A DNA stretch of 32,000 nt from an archaeon GW2011_AR10 (GTDB lineage Archaea > Iainarchaeota > Iainarchaeia > Iainarchaeales > GW2011-AR10), in NCBI GenBank assembly GCA_000830275.1, contig CP010424.1, positions 1,170,001-1,202,000 of the forward strand. The letters are read 5' to 3'. The position numbers were made by a program, and so were the translations under genes. Under the pieces are notes generated by a model. It had not been told where the DNA came from, did not search any database, and saw nothing but the letters and a program-made list of their open reading frames with translations. Shown here piece by piece: positions 24,583 to 32,000 of the stretch (positions within the stretch are counted from its first letter, which is position 1; every line of letters starts with the position of its first letter).

Positions 24583-25113
24583 TCAAAGGTCAAACTTTTC
24601 TTCCTCAAAACCGTGCTCAAGCTTCCTGAAAACCGTTTCATGGCTTGCTCCGTGCACGAGCAATTCAACAGACTTCCTTGCCTTCTCTATTGCTTCCTCT
24701 GTTCCAATAATGCTGATTGTCTTCCCGTAAACCGAAATCAAGGCGTTGGTGTTTTCCTCTATTTCCTTTCTCGCTTTCCCTTTTTTGCCTATTACTCTTC
24801 CCCTTCTGTGCTCCCGGGCCCTGCTGGTTGAAGCAACATCACTCAACTCAATGACGTCCAAAACCATTCCTTCCTTGAACAGCTCAAATGCCCTTTCAGG
24901 GGAAAAGCCCCTAGCAATTGCTTTCACCACATTAAGCGCTTTAAGGAACCCAAGTGGTGTTCCTTTTCCAAGGGAAACCTCAACTTCTCCGCTCTCAGAG
25001 TCAATGCTTAACCTGCAGCCTGCCTTCCTTTCAATTTCCCTCTTGGTTAGGCCTTTTACGCCTACTAGGGCTCCAACCCTGTCCAATGGCACTTTAATGA
25101 CTTCAGACTGCAT
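24583..25113 (-). CDS. Two-KH-domain RNA-binding protein (archaeal Dim2/Pno1-like)
   Basis: VGALVGVKGLTKREIE and GRVIGKKGKARKEIE GxxG loops. 176 aa. Lies next to rio1, as in the conserved archaeal neighbourhood. Confidence 0.8.
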   Translation of the reverse strand: MQSEVIKVPLDRVGALVGVKGLTKREIERKAGCRLSIDSESGEVEVSLGKGTPLGFLKALNVVKAIARGFSPERAFELFKEGMVLDVIELSDVASTSRAREHRRGRVIGKKGKARKEIEENTNALISVYGKTISIIGTEEAIEKARKSVELLVHGASHETVFRKLEHGFEEEKFDL

Positions 25114-25133
25114 AGTGACCTCAAAAAAGCGGG

Positions 25134-25167
25134 TATATATATTATAATAATATATATAATATATAAA
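25134..25167 (-). promoter_or_regulatory. Pure (TA)-rich tract, candidate TATA/promoter region for the KH gene
   Basis: TATATATATTATAATAATATATATAATATATAAA lies 20-55 nt upstream of ATG 25113 (minus strand), with SD GAGGT in between. Confidence 0.4.
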
Positions 25168-25182
25168 GGTTTTGGGGGTTTT

Positions 25183-25956
25183 TCACTTCTTTTTCTTGGT
25201 TTCTTTTCCTTTTGCTTTAACCGCCCCGTAAACTTCTTCAAACGACTTCCGTAATCCCTTTTTCGAGTAAAAATCCGCCACATTTTTCACATCCCGTTCA
25301 AAGAATTCCCTTGCACTAGGATGGGTTCTCAGCACTGCCTGGCCCAAGTCAATGAATACAAGCTCGTTATCGTTTACAAGAGCATTGTATTCTGAGAGGT
25401 CCGCGTGAACAATGCCAGCGCCATAAAACATTCTCGCCATAAACTCAATTGTCTGCAGGTAAAAGCCTTCAAGCTGTTCAATGCTCTCCACCTTAAAGTC
25501 TTTCAGCCTCGGAGCAGCTTTCCCATTACTTCCAATGAACTCCATTACAAGTGCGTTATCCTTGAAGCCAAGAGGCAATGGCACCCTTGCCTTTGCTTCT
25601 GATGCGAGCACTAAGTTCTTGTACTCTTTTCTCACCCACGCATAAACAATGCTGCGCTTGTCAGAGCCAATGCTTTTGAACCTTCTGTCCCCAACAATGT
25701 ATTTTTGCATGTTCCTGAAGTCAGAGGTTTCAATCTTGTAGAGCTTTACTGCCCTGTAATTTCCGGAAACATCAGTTGCCCTGAACACGTGCGCTTCCTT
25801 GCCGGTTGAAACAACAAATTCAAGCAAATCAAACAGGCCGCGCGTTGCAAGCACATGGATTGCCATGACCGCGTTCGCGTCAAATACCTGCGCAAAAATC
25901 TTTCTATCCTTCTCTTCACTAATGTAGTTTTTGAGTGTTTCAATTTCCCTCTTCAT
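25183..25956 (-). CDS. rio1: RIO-type serine/threonine kinase/ATPase, Rio1 class
   Basis: STGKEAHVF, AVKLYK, IVHADLSEYN and IDLGQAV motifs. No N-terminal wHTH, so Rio1 rather than Rio2. Confidence 0.85.
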   Translation of the reverse strand: MKREIETLKNYISEEKDRKIFAQVFDANAVMAIHVLATRGLFDLLEFVVSTGKEAHVFRATDVSGNYRAVKLYKIETSDFRNMQKYIVGDRRFKSIGSDKRSIVYAWVRKEYKNLVLASEAKARVPLPLGFKDNALVMEFIGSNGKAAPRLKDFKVESIEQLEGFYLQTIEFMARMFYGAGIVHADLSEYNALVNDNELVFIDLGQAVLRTHPSAREFFERDVKNVADFYSKKGLRKSFEEVYGAVKAKGKETKKKK

Positions 25957-26006
25957 TTACAAATAAATGAAAGAAACAGGTAATTAACTTTTCTTTTCAC
26001 AGAATA

Positions 26007-26283
26007 TATAGCAAAACGCTTATGTATTTGAACAAATAGCGAATGACTTTAATAATGGTAGAAAACAAGTCATTCGCTATAGCAAAACGCTTAAGTAATT
26101 GAACATTGAAACTGCGTTTTGCATCTAGCAAACAGCAGTATAAAGTTCAAAAATATTGGCTGTTTGCTATAGTCGCAAAAGACATTAAGAAATTACCAAA
26201 ACTAATGTCTTTTGCTAAAAAACTGCATTGCAACCAGCAACAGCAAATTAAATTGTCAAAAAAAATTAAAGCTGTCTGCTGTA
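26007..26283. repeat. Family-1 composite element, copy G (about 277 bp)
   Basis: Collinear with 6542-6826. By eye there are only about half a dozen differences over the central ~190 bp. Lies between the aIF1A stop and the rio1 start. Confidence 0.9.
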
Positions 26284-26293
26284 GAACTAATGC

Positions 26294-26629
26294 TCATAGT
26301 GGCAGCTTGTTGAGGAAGCCTTTCTTTTTCAAGTGCTCTGCCTGAACGCCAGTGTAGCGCCAGATTATGTCTGCCTTGATTGGCTGGAAATCCCAGAGCC
26401 TTACAATTACTATGTCTCTTTCCCGTATCCAGACGCGCTTCTTGATTTTGCCTGGAATCCTGCACATTCTTTCAATGCCGTCCTCGCACGAGACCTTTAT
26501 CTGGTCGCCGCCGAATAGTTGCAGCACAACGCCAAACAATTCCAGGTTTTCTTTTCTTGGCAGTTTCGCCCGCCTTATTTCTTCCTGTTTTTTCTGTTCC
26601 TCTTTTTCAAGTTCTTTCTTTGAAGACAG
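26294..26629 (-). CDS. eif1a: Translation initiation factor aIF1A (S1-like OB fold); 5' limit uncertain
   Basis: FGVVLQLFGGDQIKVSCEDGIERMCRIPGKIKKRVWIRERDIVIVRLWDF...DIIWRY is canonical aIF1A. The track starts at TTG 26539, but the in-frame upstream 30 codons (…EEIRRAKLPRKENLE) also look like the family N-terminus and are open back to the TAA at 26630-26632. Confidence 0.8.
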   Translation of the reverse strand: MSSKKELEKEEQKKQEEIRRAKLPRKENLELFGVVLQLFGGDQIKVSCEDGIERMCRIPGKIKKRVWIRERDIVIVRLWDFQPIKADIIWRYTGVQAEHLKKKGFLNKLPL

Positions 26630-26642
26630 TTAACTCAACTCC

Positions 26643-26954
26643 TCATACAGGCAATTTGTAAATCTGCACGTGTGGAACCATTCCAATTCTAATGATGTCC
26701 CCTTCTTTTATTAACCCTTGCTTTAATGCAACCCCTACTGCTTTTGTTCCAAGCAAATTAATGTTGTCTGCTTCCTGCAGCATTCCAGCCAATTGTTTTT
26801 CGCTTGTTTTCCTGCTTCCATAAAATCCTTTTCTAGCCTCAATTGAAATTTCTCCATCCTGAACTGTTTTGCCTAAAAGCTCCTTGTCACAGCAAGCTAA
26901 AACATTTGAGCCATGAGCCTTGAAAACCCGTGAGAACAAGTTAAACCCCTTCAC
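26643..26954 (-). CDS. DUF424-family protein
   Basis: VLACCDKELLGKTV...EARKGFYGS...INLLGTKAV...MVPHVQIY matches my recollection of DUF424. The likely GTG start at 26954 overlaps the aIF2-beta stop (GTGA). Confidence 0.6.
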   Translation of the reverse strand: MKGFNLFSRVFKAHGSNVLACCDKELLGKTVQDGEISIEARKGFYGSRKTSEKQLAGMLQEADNINLLGTKAVGVALKQGLIKEGDIIRIGMVPHVQIYKLPV

Positions 26955-27355
26955 AGTCTCTTGACAGGGTAGGATGCGCCGCAAGCAGAGCACTTAAGCA
27001 TTTTCACGCCCTGCATTTCAATGAAGTGCGTGTCAGGTTTATGGCACTGGTTGCACAAAACAAACTGCTTAAAGTAGTAACCAAAAATCTTGTTAAGCTG
27101 CTCTTTGGAAAATTTTCCGCTGACCAAAAGCTTGCCCTCTGAAATTGTTATTGGAGCAGCAAGCTCTGAAGTCAAAAATTTTAGCAAATGCTTTTCCTCC
27201 CTGTTGGCTGCCTTCAAAATCTGGGAAAAATTTTTTACAATGGTTTTGGTTCCCTGAATGTGGCTGTCAACATCTGGAATCTCAAACCTTTCCCCGGTAA
27301 CAGTTTTCTTTGGCAGGCTCATGTAGGCGCGGTCCAGCATTTTCCCGTATTCCAT
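26951..27355 (-). CDS. eif2b: Translation initiation factor aIF2 beta subunit
   Basis: MEYGKMLDRAY..., ending in the zinc ribbon CNQCHKPDTHFIEMQGVKMLKCSACGA. The first ATG is at 27355; the track's TTG at 27397 is less likely. Confidence 0.85.
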   Translation of the reverse strand: MEYGKMLDRAYMSLPKKTVTGERFEIPDVDSHIQGTKTIVKNFSQILKAANREEKHLLKFLTSELAAPITISEGKLLVSGKFSKEQLNKIFGYYFKQFVLCNQCHKPDTHFIEMQGVKMLKCSACGASYPVKRL

Positions 27356-27475
27356 AACCAAATCTACCAAATTTAGTATTTTAAAGCTATTGGACAAAGC
27401 CGCTTCGCTGCAAACCTTAATAAATGAATTAATCCATTAATAACTTCAGCCTTGGTTGCGGTTGCGTGTGTGCGA

Positions 27476-28087
27476 ATGAAGCAAGAAAATAATCTGGCGT
27501 TTCAAATAATTTTTTTTCTATCTGTTTTGCTAATTATAGTTTCCTTGTTTCTTTTCCTAAGCGATAAGCCGCAGTTTTTTTCAGAAATGGTGGACGAGTA
27601 TGGCTTGCTGGGGCTGTTTATTGGGGCAATAATTGGCACTTCCACGATTTTGCTGCCTTTGCCAATTGATGTTGTTATAGCGCTTGTTGGGGCAGAACCA
27701 AGCATTGTAGGGTTAGAGGGTTCGCTTCCGAATTTGATAGTAATTGGATTGATTGCCGGGTTAGGCGCAGCAATAGGTGAAATGACTTCTTACTTGCTCG
27801 GGTTAATGGGAATGAAAGCAATTGAAAAAAACTTTGAAAGCGTGATTCTAAAAAAAATTGATGAAACAAGGGAAAGGCTGAACAAGAGCGGCATTTTTTT
27901 CATTTTCATTGCCTCTGCCACTCCAATTCCTTTCGATTTGGTTGGAATAGTGGCAGGCCTAATAAAGTACTCCCCGACAAAATTCTTCATAGGTGCCTTA
28001 ATAGGAAAAGTTTTTAGGTATGTTCTGCTTGCCTTCGCCGGTTTTTACGGAATAGGCGCCATTAAAGGAATCTTTTTTCTCCCCTAA
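27476..28087 (+). CDS. Polytopic membrane protein, DedA/YqaA (VTT/SNARE-associated) like
   Basis: About five hydrophobic helices. The LPLPIDVVIALVGA motif resembles the VTT-domain re-entrant loop. ATG at 27476. Confidence 0.5.
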   Translation: MKQENNLAFQIIFFLSVLLIIVSLFLFLSDKPQFFSEMVDEYGLLGLFIGAIIGTSTILLPLPIDVVIALVGAEPSIVGLEGSLPNLIVIGLIAGLGAAIGEMTSYLLGLMGMKAIEKNFESVILKKIDETRERLNKSGIFFIFIASATPIPFDLVGIVAGLIKYSPTKFFIGALIGKVFRYVLLAFAGFYGIGAIKGIFFLP

Positions 28088-28467
28088 AGCGCTGTTGAAT
28101 GCTGTTGCATGATTCACAGAAACAATCAGCTAAAAACTGGCGGCATCAGTTCTTAGCATCCTCATCATCCTTGCGTCATCAGGTGTTAACCTCATTAATG
28201 TTTGAATTTTGGTGGGTTATGACACCCGCTTTAACCCCTGTTCCGGCCTCCATTTTGTAAATAGAATATAAATAATTCACATTAAAATTGTTGCTCTCAC
28301 GTTCAAGAACGAAGCAAAACACGGCACGGAACAAAGGCAAGAATAAGCCAAAAGCTCTTTACCTGGCAGAATTTATCTTTATAAAGAAATTATCTTTTCT
28401 TGTTGAATTGTATAAAGTTTTATTAAACCTATTCTTGTAAGATAATTAATCTGGAGGGTTGTTATTT

Positions 28468-28605
28468 ATGTGGGGGATAAAATCAAAGAAAGGTTTTGCT
28501 TTTGCATTTTACGCTTTCTTTGTTTCAAGTATCTTTTTTATAACAAAAAATAAATTAAAAAAGACCAAGCCAGAAAAAATATTTACGGCCAGTTCTTTGA
28601 GTTGA
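28468..28605 (+). CDS. Possible 45-aa single-TM peptide
   Basis: ATG 8 nt after GGAGGG. MWGIKSKKGFAFAFYAFFVSSIFFITKNKLKKTKPEKIFTASSLS. Below the ORF-track size cutoff. Confidence 0.3.
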   Translation: MWGIKSKKGFAFAFYAFFVSSIFFITKNKLKKTKPEKIFTASSLS

Positions 28606-28611
28606 TTTCAA

Positions 28612-29028
28612 ATGTTTGTGAAAAAAGAACAATTTATTGCTGTGTTTTTGGTGGTTTTTGCAGTTGCTTTATTGTTTCTTAGTGGTTGTTTGGAAAAGAC
28701 TTGTTTTAACCGTGCTGACTGTCCTTTAAGCGATTCCGAGTACATTCAAATCGCAAAAACAACTTCGGAAGCACAAGCATTCCTGCAAAAATATCCTGAT
28801 GCAAACATTGGGGTTGAGAGAACTGAATACTTGGCAGTTGACTTTATAAAAAATAAGTCAGGTGAAAGCACTATTGTTCCACCTTACTTGCGATTAAGAG
28901 TTTTTATAAACACTTCAACGAACAAGCCAGCGTCAGCTTTCATAGAATGTAACCTCACGGGTGACAACTATTCAAGAATAGACCAAGACATTGTTAATTA
29001 CATAAAAATAGAAAAATGTTTAGCATGA
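28612..29028 (+). CDS. Putative lipoprotein (hypothetical)
   Basis: Signal peptide with lipobox: FLVVFAVALLFLSGC. 138 aa. No family recognised. Confidence 0.5.
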   Translation: MFVKKEQFIAVFLVVFAVALLFLSGCLEKTCFNRADCPLSDSEYIQIAKTTSEAQAFLQKYPDANIGVERTEYLAVDFIKNKSGESTIVPPYLRLRVFINTSTNKPASAFIECNLTGDNYSRIDQDIVNYIKIEKCLA

Positions 29029-29509
29029 ACTAGCTCCCTTTCTTTTTCTTTTTTTTCTAATTTTTTGCCGAAATAAAAAAATTATTCAGAGGGAATCAGA
29101 GTTGAGTTAAATCATCATTCCCGTTGAGGGGTCAGAAGGTCTTAACTTCATCCCGCGCCTTCCTAATACTCTGTTTTTGAATGTGTTTAAAACCCTTTTT
29201 TTGGTCACTCGGAAGTGAGGCTTGTTTTTCAGTTCTCCATCAATTCTGCATTGTCCGGATTCTCGGGCGCAGACAAATATTTCAGGTAAGCCGTGATTTT
29301 TGAGTTCTAAAAGGATCTGTTTTGCGTATGTTTATTTCAAATAGTTCACATAAAGAAAGCGGGTTTTTCCAATTAGCCGGTTTTTTTGGAATTGGTGTCA
29401 TCGCCCTCCACTTTTCAGACTATAACCTCATCATCGTCTGCAGTAATTTATAGAGATTATTGCTTTAATTCTTTGCTTTTTTTTATATTCTGTTAAAGTG
29501 GTTTTTCAT

Positions 29510-29679
29510 ATGGGTAAAGAAAAAAATGGAAAGTTGTTATTTCAGAGAATGTTGTAAAGAAGATGGAAATGCTGCCTGAAAAAGACCAGAAAAAACTAAT
29601 GAATGCAATGGAAAAACTAGCTGAAAACCCTTATGCCGGCAAATCATCAAACAATTTAAATGGTTACGCTATAACGTAA
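29510..29679 (+). pseudogene. RelE/ParE-type toxin remnant (frameshifted in an A-run and C-terminally truncated)
   Basis: ATG GGT AAA G-A8 shifts frame into WKVVISENVVKKMEMLPEKDQKKLMNAMEKLAENPYAGKSSNNLNGYAIT*. This resembles the first half of RelE/ParE toxins and stops before the conserved C-terminal catalytic half. A TATA-like TTTTTTTTATATT lies upstream. Confidence 0.45.
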
Positions 29680-30110
29680 CCCTATTTAAATGCTTAAAAA
29701 GGGTTTGACTGGGTTAAGGCTAACAAAAGGCAGCGTAAATGTTAGTCTAAATCTTTGTGCTGGTTAGGCTGATAAGTGGCAATAACTTCCTTAGCCTAAC
29801 TGTCTGCCCAAACTTTCGAAAACTTTTTTCTTTTTCGGACAAGCCGCTTAATTTTGCATTACTACTCTTTTCTTTGCTCTAAAGCCAAATAGTTTGTATA
29901 AAATCCAAATTTCTTCCTATGGCAACGCTCAAAATACTGGTGCTAACAACTACGCTTTTTGCGAGGATGACCTCATAATCGCCTACTGTGATGTATAAGG
30001 ATTATTCCTTAAAATTAACGGTTTTTTGCAGAGAGCAACGTTCACCTAATCCAAGTAAAATTTATAATCTGGTAGCGCCTTTTATTCTTAAAATGAAAGG
30101 AGGTGAAATT

Positions 30111-30356
30111 ATGGCTGGGTTTTCGCAGATTAGTGCCAAGGCGGCTGCAATTACTGGTGCGGTTCTGGGTTTTCTGTGCGGTATTTTTTCAATCGGAATG
30201 GTTGGAATGATGGGGCTGAATTATGCAGGCTTTACCATGATGGGCGGCGCATATTCTTATCTGGGCTGGTTTACCGCAATTTATGGCCTTGTGATTGGCG
30301 CGATTGTAGGCGGATTAATTGCAATAGTATACAACTGGGCACTTTCACTCAAGTAA
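30111..30356 (+). CDS. Small Gly-rich two-to-three-TM membrane protein (possibly GlsB/YeaQ/YmgE-like)
   Basis: ATG 4 nt after GGAGGTGA. MAGFSQISAKAAAITGAVLGFLCGIFSIGMVGMMG...GAIVGGLIAIVYNW. The track start at 29988 is unlikely. Confidence 0.55.
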   Translation: MAGFSQISAKAAAITGAVLGFLCGIFSIGMVGMMGLNYAGFTMMGGAYSYLGWFTAIYGLVIGAIVGGLIAIVYNWALSLK

Positions 30357-30447
30357 AGAACATTGCAGAATTATGCTGTGTGCTTGATAAGCTGTTTTTG
30401 CTAGGCTGGGCTTAACCAAAGTGAGAATTCTGTCTGATTCAATCAGT

Positions 30448-31557
30448 TTATGTTGAGTGCCCGAACTTCATTTGTATTTGTCCTGGAGCACTTGTTACAG
30501 GCGGTTCTGCCCTGTAAATAATCCAAACAAAATCAACGCCGTTTGCAGACTGGTCCAGCGGGCCATCAGCAGAGCTGCCATTCCAACCATTAAGCACAAT
30601 TTTGTATTTTGGCCCATATTCTGTTACGCCCCAATTTTGCCAGTCGGAATCCTGTATCTGCTCTATTCTCCATGTGCCTGAAGAACTTTCATAACCCCAT
30701 GTGAGATCAGGTTCCAAAAAAAGCCTTAGTGTTGTAGGTGTTTCAAGGTAGTTCATGCCCCCGCTGTCATAATACAATACCTCTGAATACACCCTCCATG
30801 CCCCTACAAGGTTTTCAATTGAAGGTTCTCCAAAATCCGGTGGCACAATATTTTCAGGCTGAGCCGGAGGCACTTCTTCAATTTCATTGTTTGCTTGTGT
30901 AGCTCCATTATACTGCTCCTGTACAGTGCCTTGTTGTTCTACTCCATTATCCTGCTGTTCGGGGTTGTAGCCTTCGGGGACGTAGAACTCTACTGATTCA
31001 ATCATTTTTGCAACTGTGGAAGAGTGCTTGTCAAAGTCCTGCGCATCCGCAGCATAAGTAACCATATATCCCCAGTTGTCAGAATCAATTGTCCAAACCT
31101 GTGTTGCCCTGAGATCAAGATCCCCTGCCTTGCCTGTGTAATTTATCCAGTATGCATCAAGCCCTCCAAGTGTTGTCACTCCCTCCCCCTTAATCTGCAT
31201 GCCTTCAAGATGCTCGGCAAGCGAACTTTTCGAAATTTCAGTGAACTCATCAAGCGTCATTGGTTGTGATGAAAAATCAGTTGCAGTAACAACAACATTT
31301 TCATTAAAGGCACTTGAACCGTTTTCAGGCGCGTTAAAAACCACAACAGAACCTTCAATTTCTTTCATCAGCCAAGTTTTAGGGTACTTCATTCGCATTC
31401 CGTAATCCAAGCTGTCATATTGCAGGAATTCTTCCACCTGAACAGAACTTTGCTCTTGTGGAGAATTGTTGGTGTTAGAGGGGAATAGATTAAGGCAGCC
31501 TGACAGTATCACAATTGATATAATTGAAAAGATGAGCATTGTTTGTTTTAATTTCAT
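30448..31557 (-). CDS. Secreted lipoprotein with a PsbP/DcrB-like (DUF1795-type) domain
   Basis: Signal plus lipobox IVILSGC. The YPKTWLMKE...NENVVVTATDF...GGLDAYWINYTG...WGYMVTYAA pattern resembles PsbP-like domains. The C-terminal half is unrecognised. Confidence 0.5.
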   Translation of the reverse strand: MKLKQTMLIFSIISIVILSGCLNLFPSNTNNSPQEQSSVQVEEFLQYDSLDYGMRMKYPKTWLMKEIEGSVVVFNAPENGSSAFNENVVVTATDFSSQPMTLDEFTEISKSSLAEHLEGMQIKGEGVTTLGGLDAYWINYTGKAGDLDLRATQVWTIDSDNWGYMVTYAADAQDFDKHSSTVAKMIESVEFYVPEGYNPEQQDNGVEQQGTVQEQYNGATQANNEIEEVPPAQPENIVPPDFGEPSIENLVGAWRVYSEVLYYDSGGMNYLETPTTLRLFLEPDLTWGYESSSGTWRIEQIQDSDWQNWGVTEYGPKYKIVLNGWNGSSADGPLDQSANGVDFVWIIYRAEPPVTSAPGQIQMKFGHST

Positions 31558-31675
31558 CAGAATTCATACGAATTCATTATATATAAATTTGCCCCCATCA
31601 AGGCTTTGCGGATTTTTTAGCCAAAAGAGGTTTTAGGTAAATTTTTGCCGTAAAAAAAGCTCATTCAATGCCCTG

Positions 31676-32000
31676 TCAGAAACCAATTAATTTTGAAAGG
31701 AAAAAAGCTGCAATCATTAAAGCGGTCTGTGGAGGCAAAGCTGGCAAAGCCTTGCCAATCCTTTTTGAGAGGTAACTGATTGTTAGAATCAGGCCTGTAA
31801 GGGAGGCAAGCAGGATCAATGTCGGGGGAACAAGGTACTGTGGGAAAGGGTACAGTGGTTTTGTTGATGCGAGAACGCTTGTAGCGAAAACAAGCGGCAT
31901 TACAAGGTCACCGGTTCCCAACTCGAACTGGTGCTCTTTGGTTGGCAAAGCGTAAGTGAAGGAAAGATTTTTTTTAGTCACGCTTTTTGCAAGCGTAACC
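31676..32000 (-). CDS. Presenilin/signal-peptide-peptidase-type GxGD intramembrane aspartyl protease, C-terminal part; 5' end outside the window
   Basis: LGTGDLVMP (GxGD) and KALPALPP (PAL motif) in consecutive TM segments. The frame stays open from 31981 to the window end. Confidence 0.65.
   Translation of the reverse strand, partial: VTLAKSVTKKNLSFTYALPTKEHQFELGTGDLVMPLVFATSVLASTKPLYPFPQYLVPPTLILLASLTGLILTISYLSKRIGKALPALPPQTALMIAAFFLSKLIGF

Noticed and set aside
22598-24831. Numerous plus-strand ORFs antisense to top6A, top6B and the KH gene (for example 23563-24225 and 24198-24629)
   Set aside because: They are shadow ORFs opposite well-supported genes, with low-complexity Phe/Leu/Ser-rich translations.
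734-26283. Family-1 clusters as replication-origin ORB/mini-ORB elements
   Set aside because: Seven dispersed clusters lie within 26 kb. There is no adjacent orc1/cdc6, no G-string motif and no single AT-rich unwinding element flanked by inverted boxes.

Overview
This is an archaeal chromosomal segment. Calls rest on motif recognition by eye, with no database search. It is moderately AT-rich, has GGAGGTGA-type Shine-Dalgarno sites, and uses many TTG/GTG starts.

The coding content is mostly information-processing housekeeping:
- Left part: EndoQ-like nuclease (partial), a 994-aa S-layer protein, and a processive GT2 synthase with a CxxC thioredoxin-fold partner.
- Middle: TruD, aRF1, PyrH, Dph2, uL16/L10e, an intron-containing tRNA-Cys, a degenerate ThiI-like THUMP protein, a HAD phosphatase, Mre11 and an ADP-forming acyl-CoA synthetase alpha.
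- A long minus-strand run: aIF2-beta, DUF424, aIF1A, Rio1, a Dim2-like KH protein, Topo VI B and Topo VI A.
- Right end: several membrane proteins and lipoproteins, and a partial presenilin-type GxGD protease.

The unusual signal is non-coding. Almost every sizeable intergenic gap is filled by one or both of two hairpin-repeat families that share GCAAA(A)/(T)TTTGC arms.
- Family 1 consists of head-to-tail ~45-bp modules (TAGCAAA, variable stem, ~22-nt AT loop, variable stem complement, TTTGCTA). The variable stem interiors change in a compensatory way. The modules are assembled into ~200-285 bp composites that recur almost identically at three loci.
- Family 2 consists of concatenated 7-9 bp stem / 3-nt loop hairpins at four loci. 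One copy sits in frame (about 144 bp, 48 codons) inside the HAD hydrolase gene.
- A family-2-like hairpin also lies in the unusually long (86 nt) intron of tRNA-Cys.

No transposase, Cas or other obvious partner gene is present in the window. I could not link the repeats to any described archaeal element class.

Lesser oddities:
- The conserved N-terminus of aIF1A has no canonical start codon.
- A hyper-basic 77-aa ORF could instead be a structured RNA.
- The segment 28.1-30.1 kb looks decayed and contains a frameshifted RelE-like remnant.
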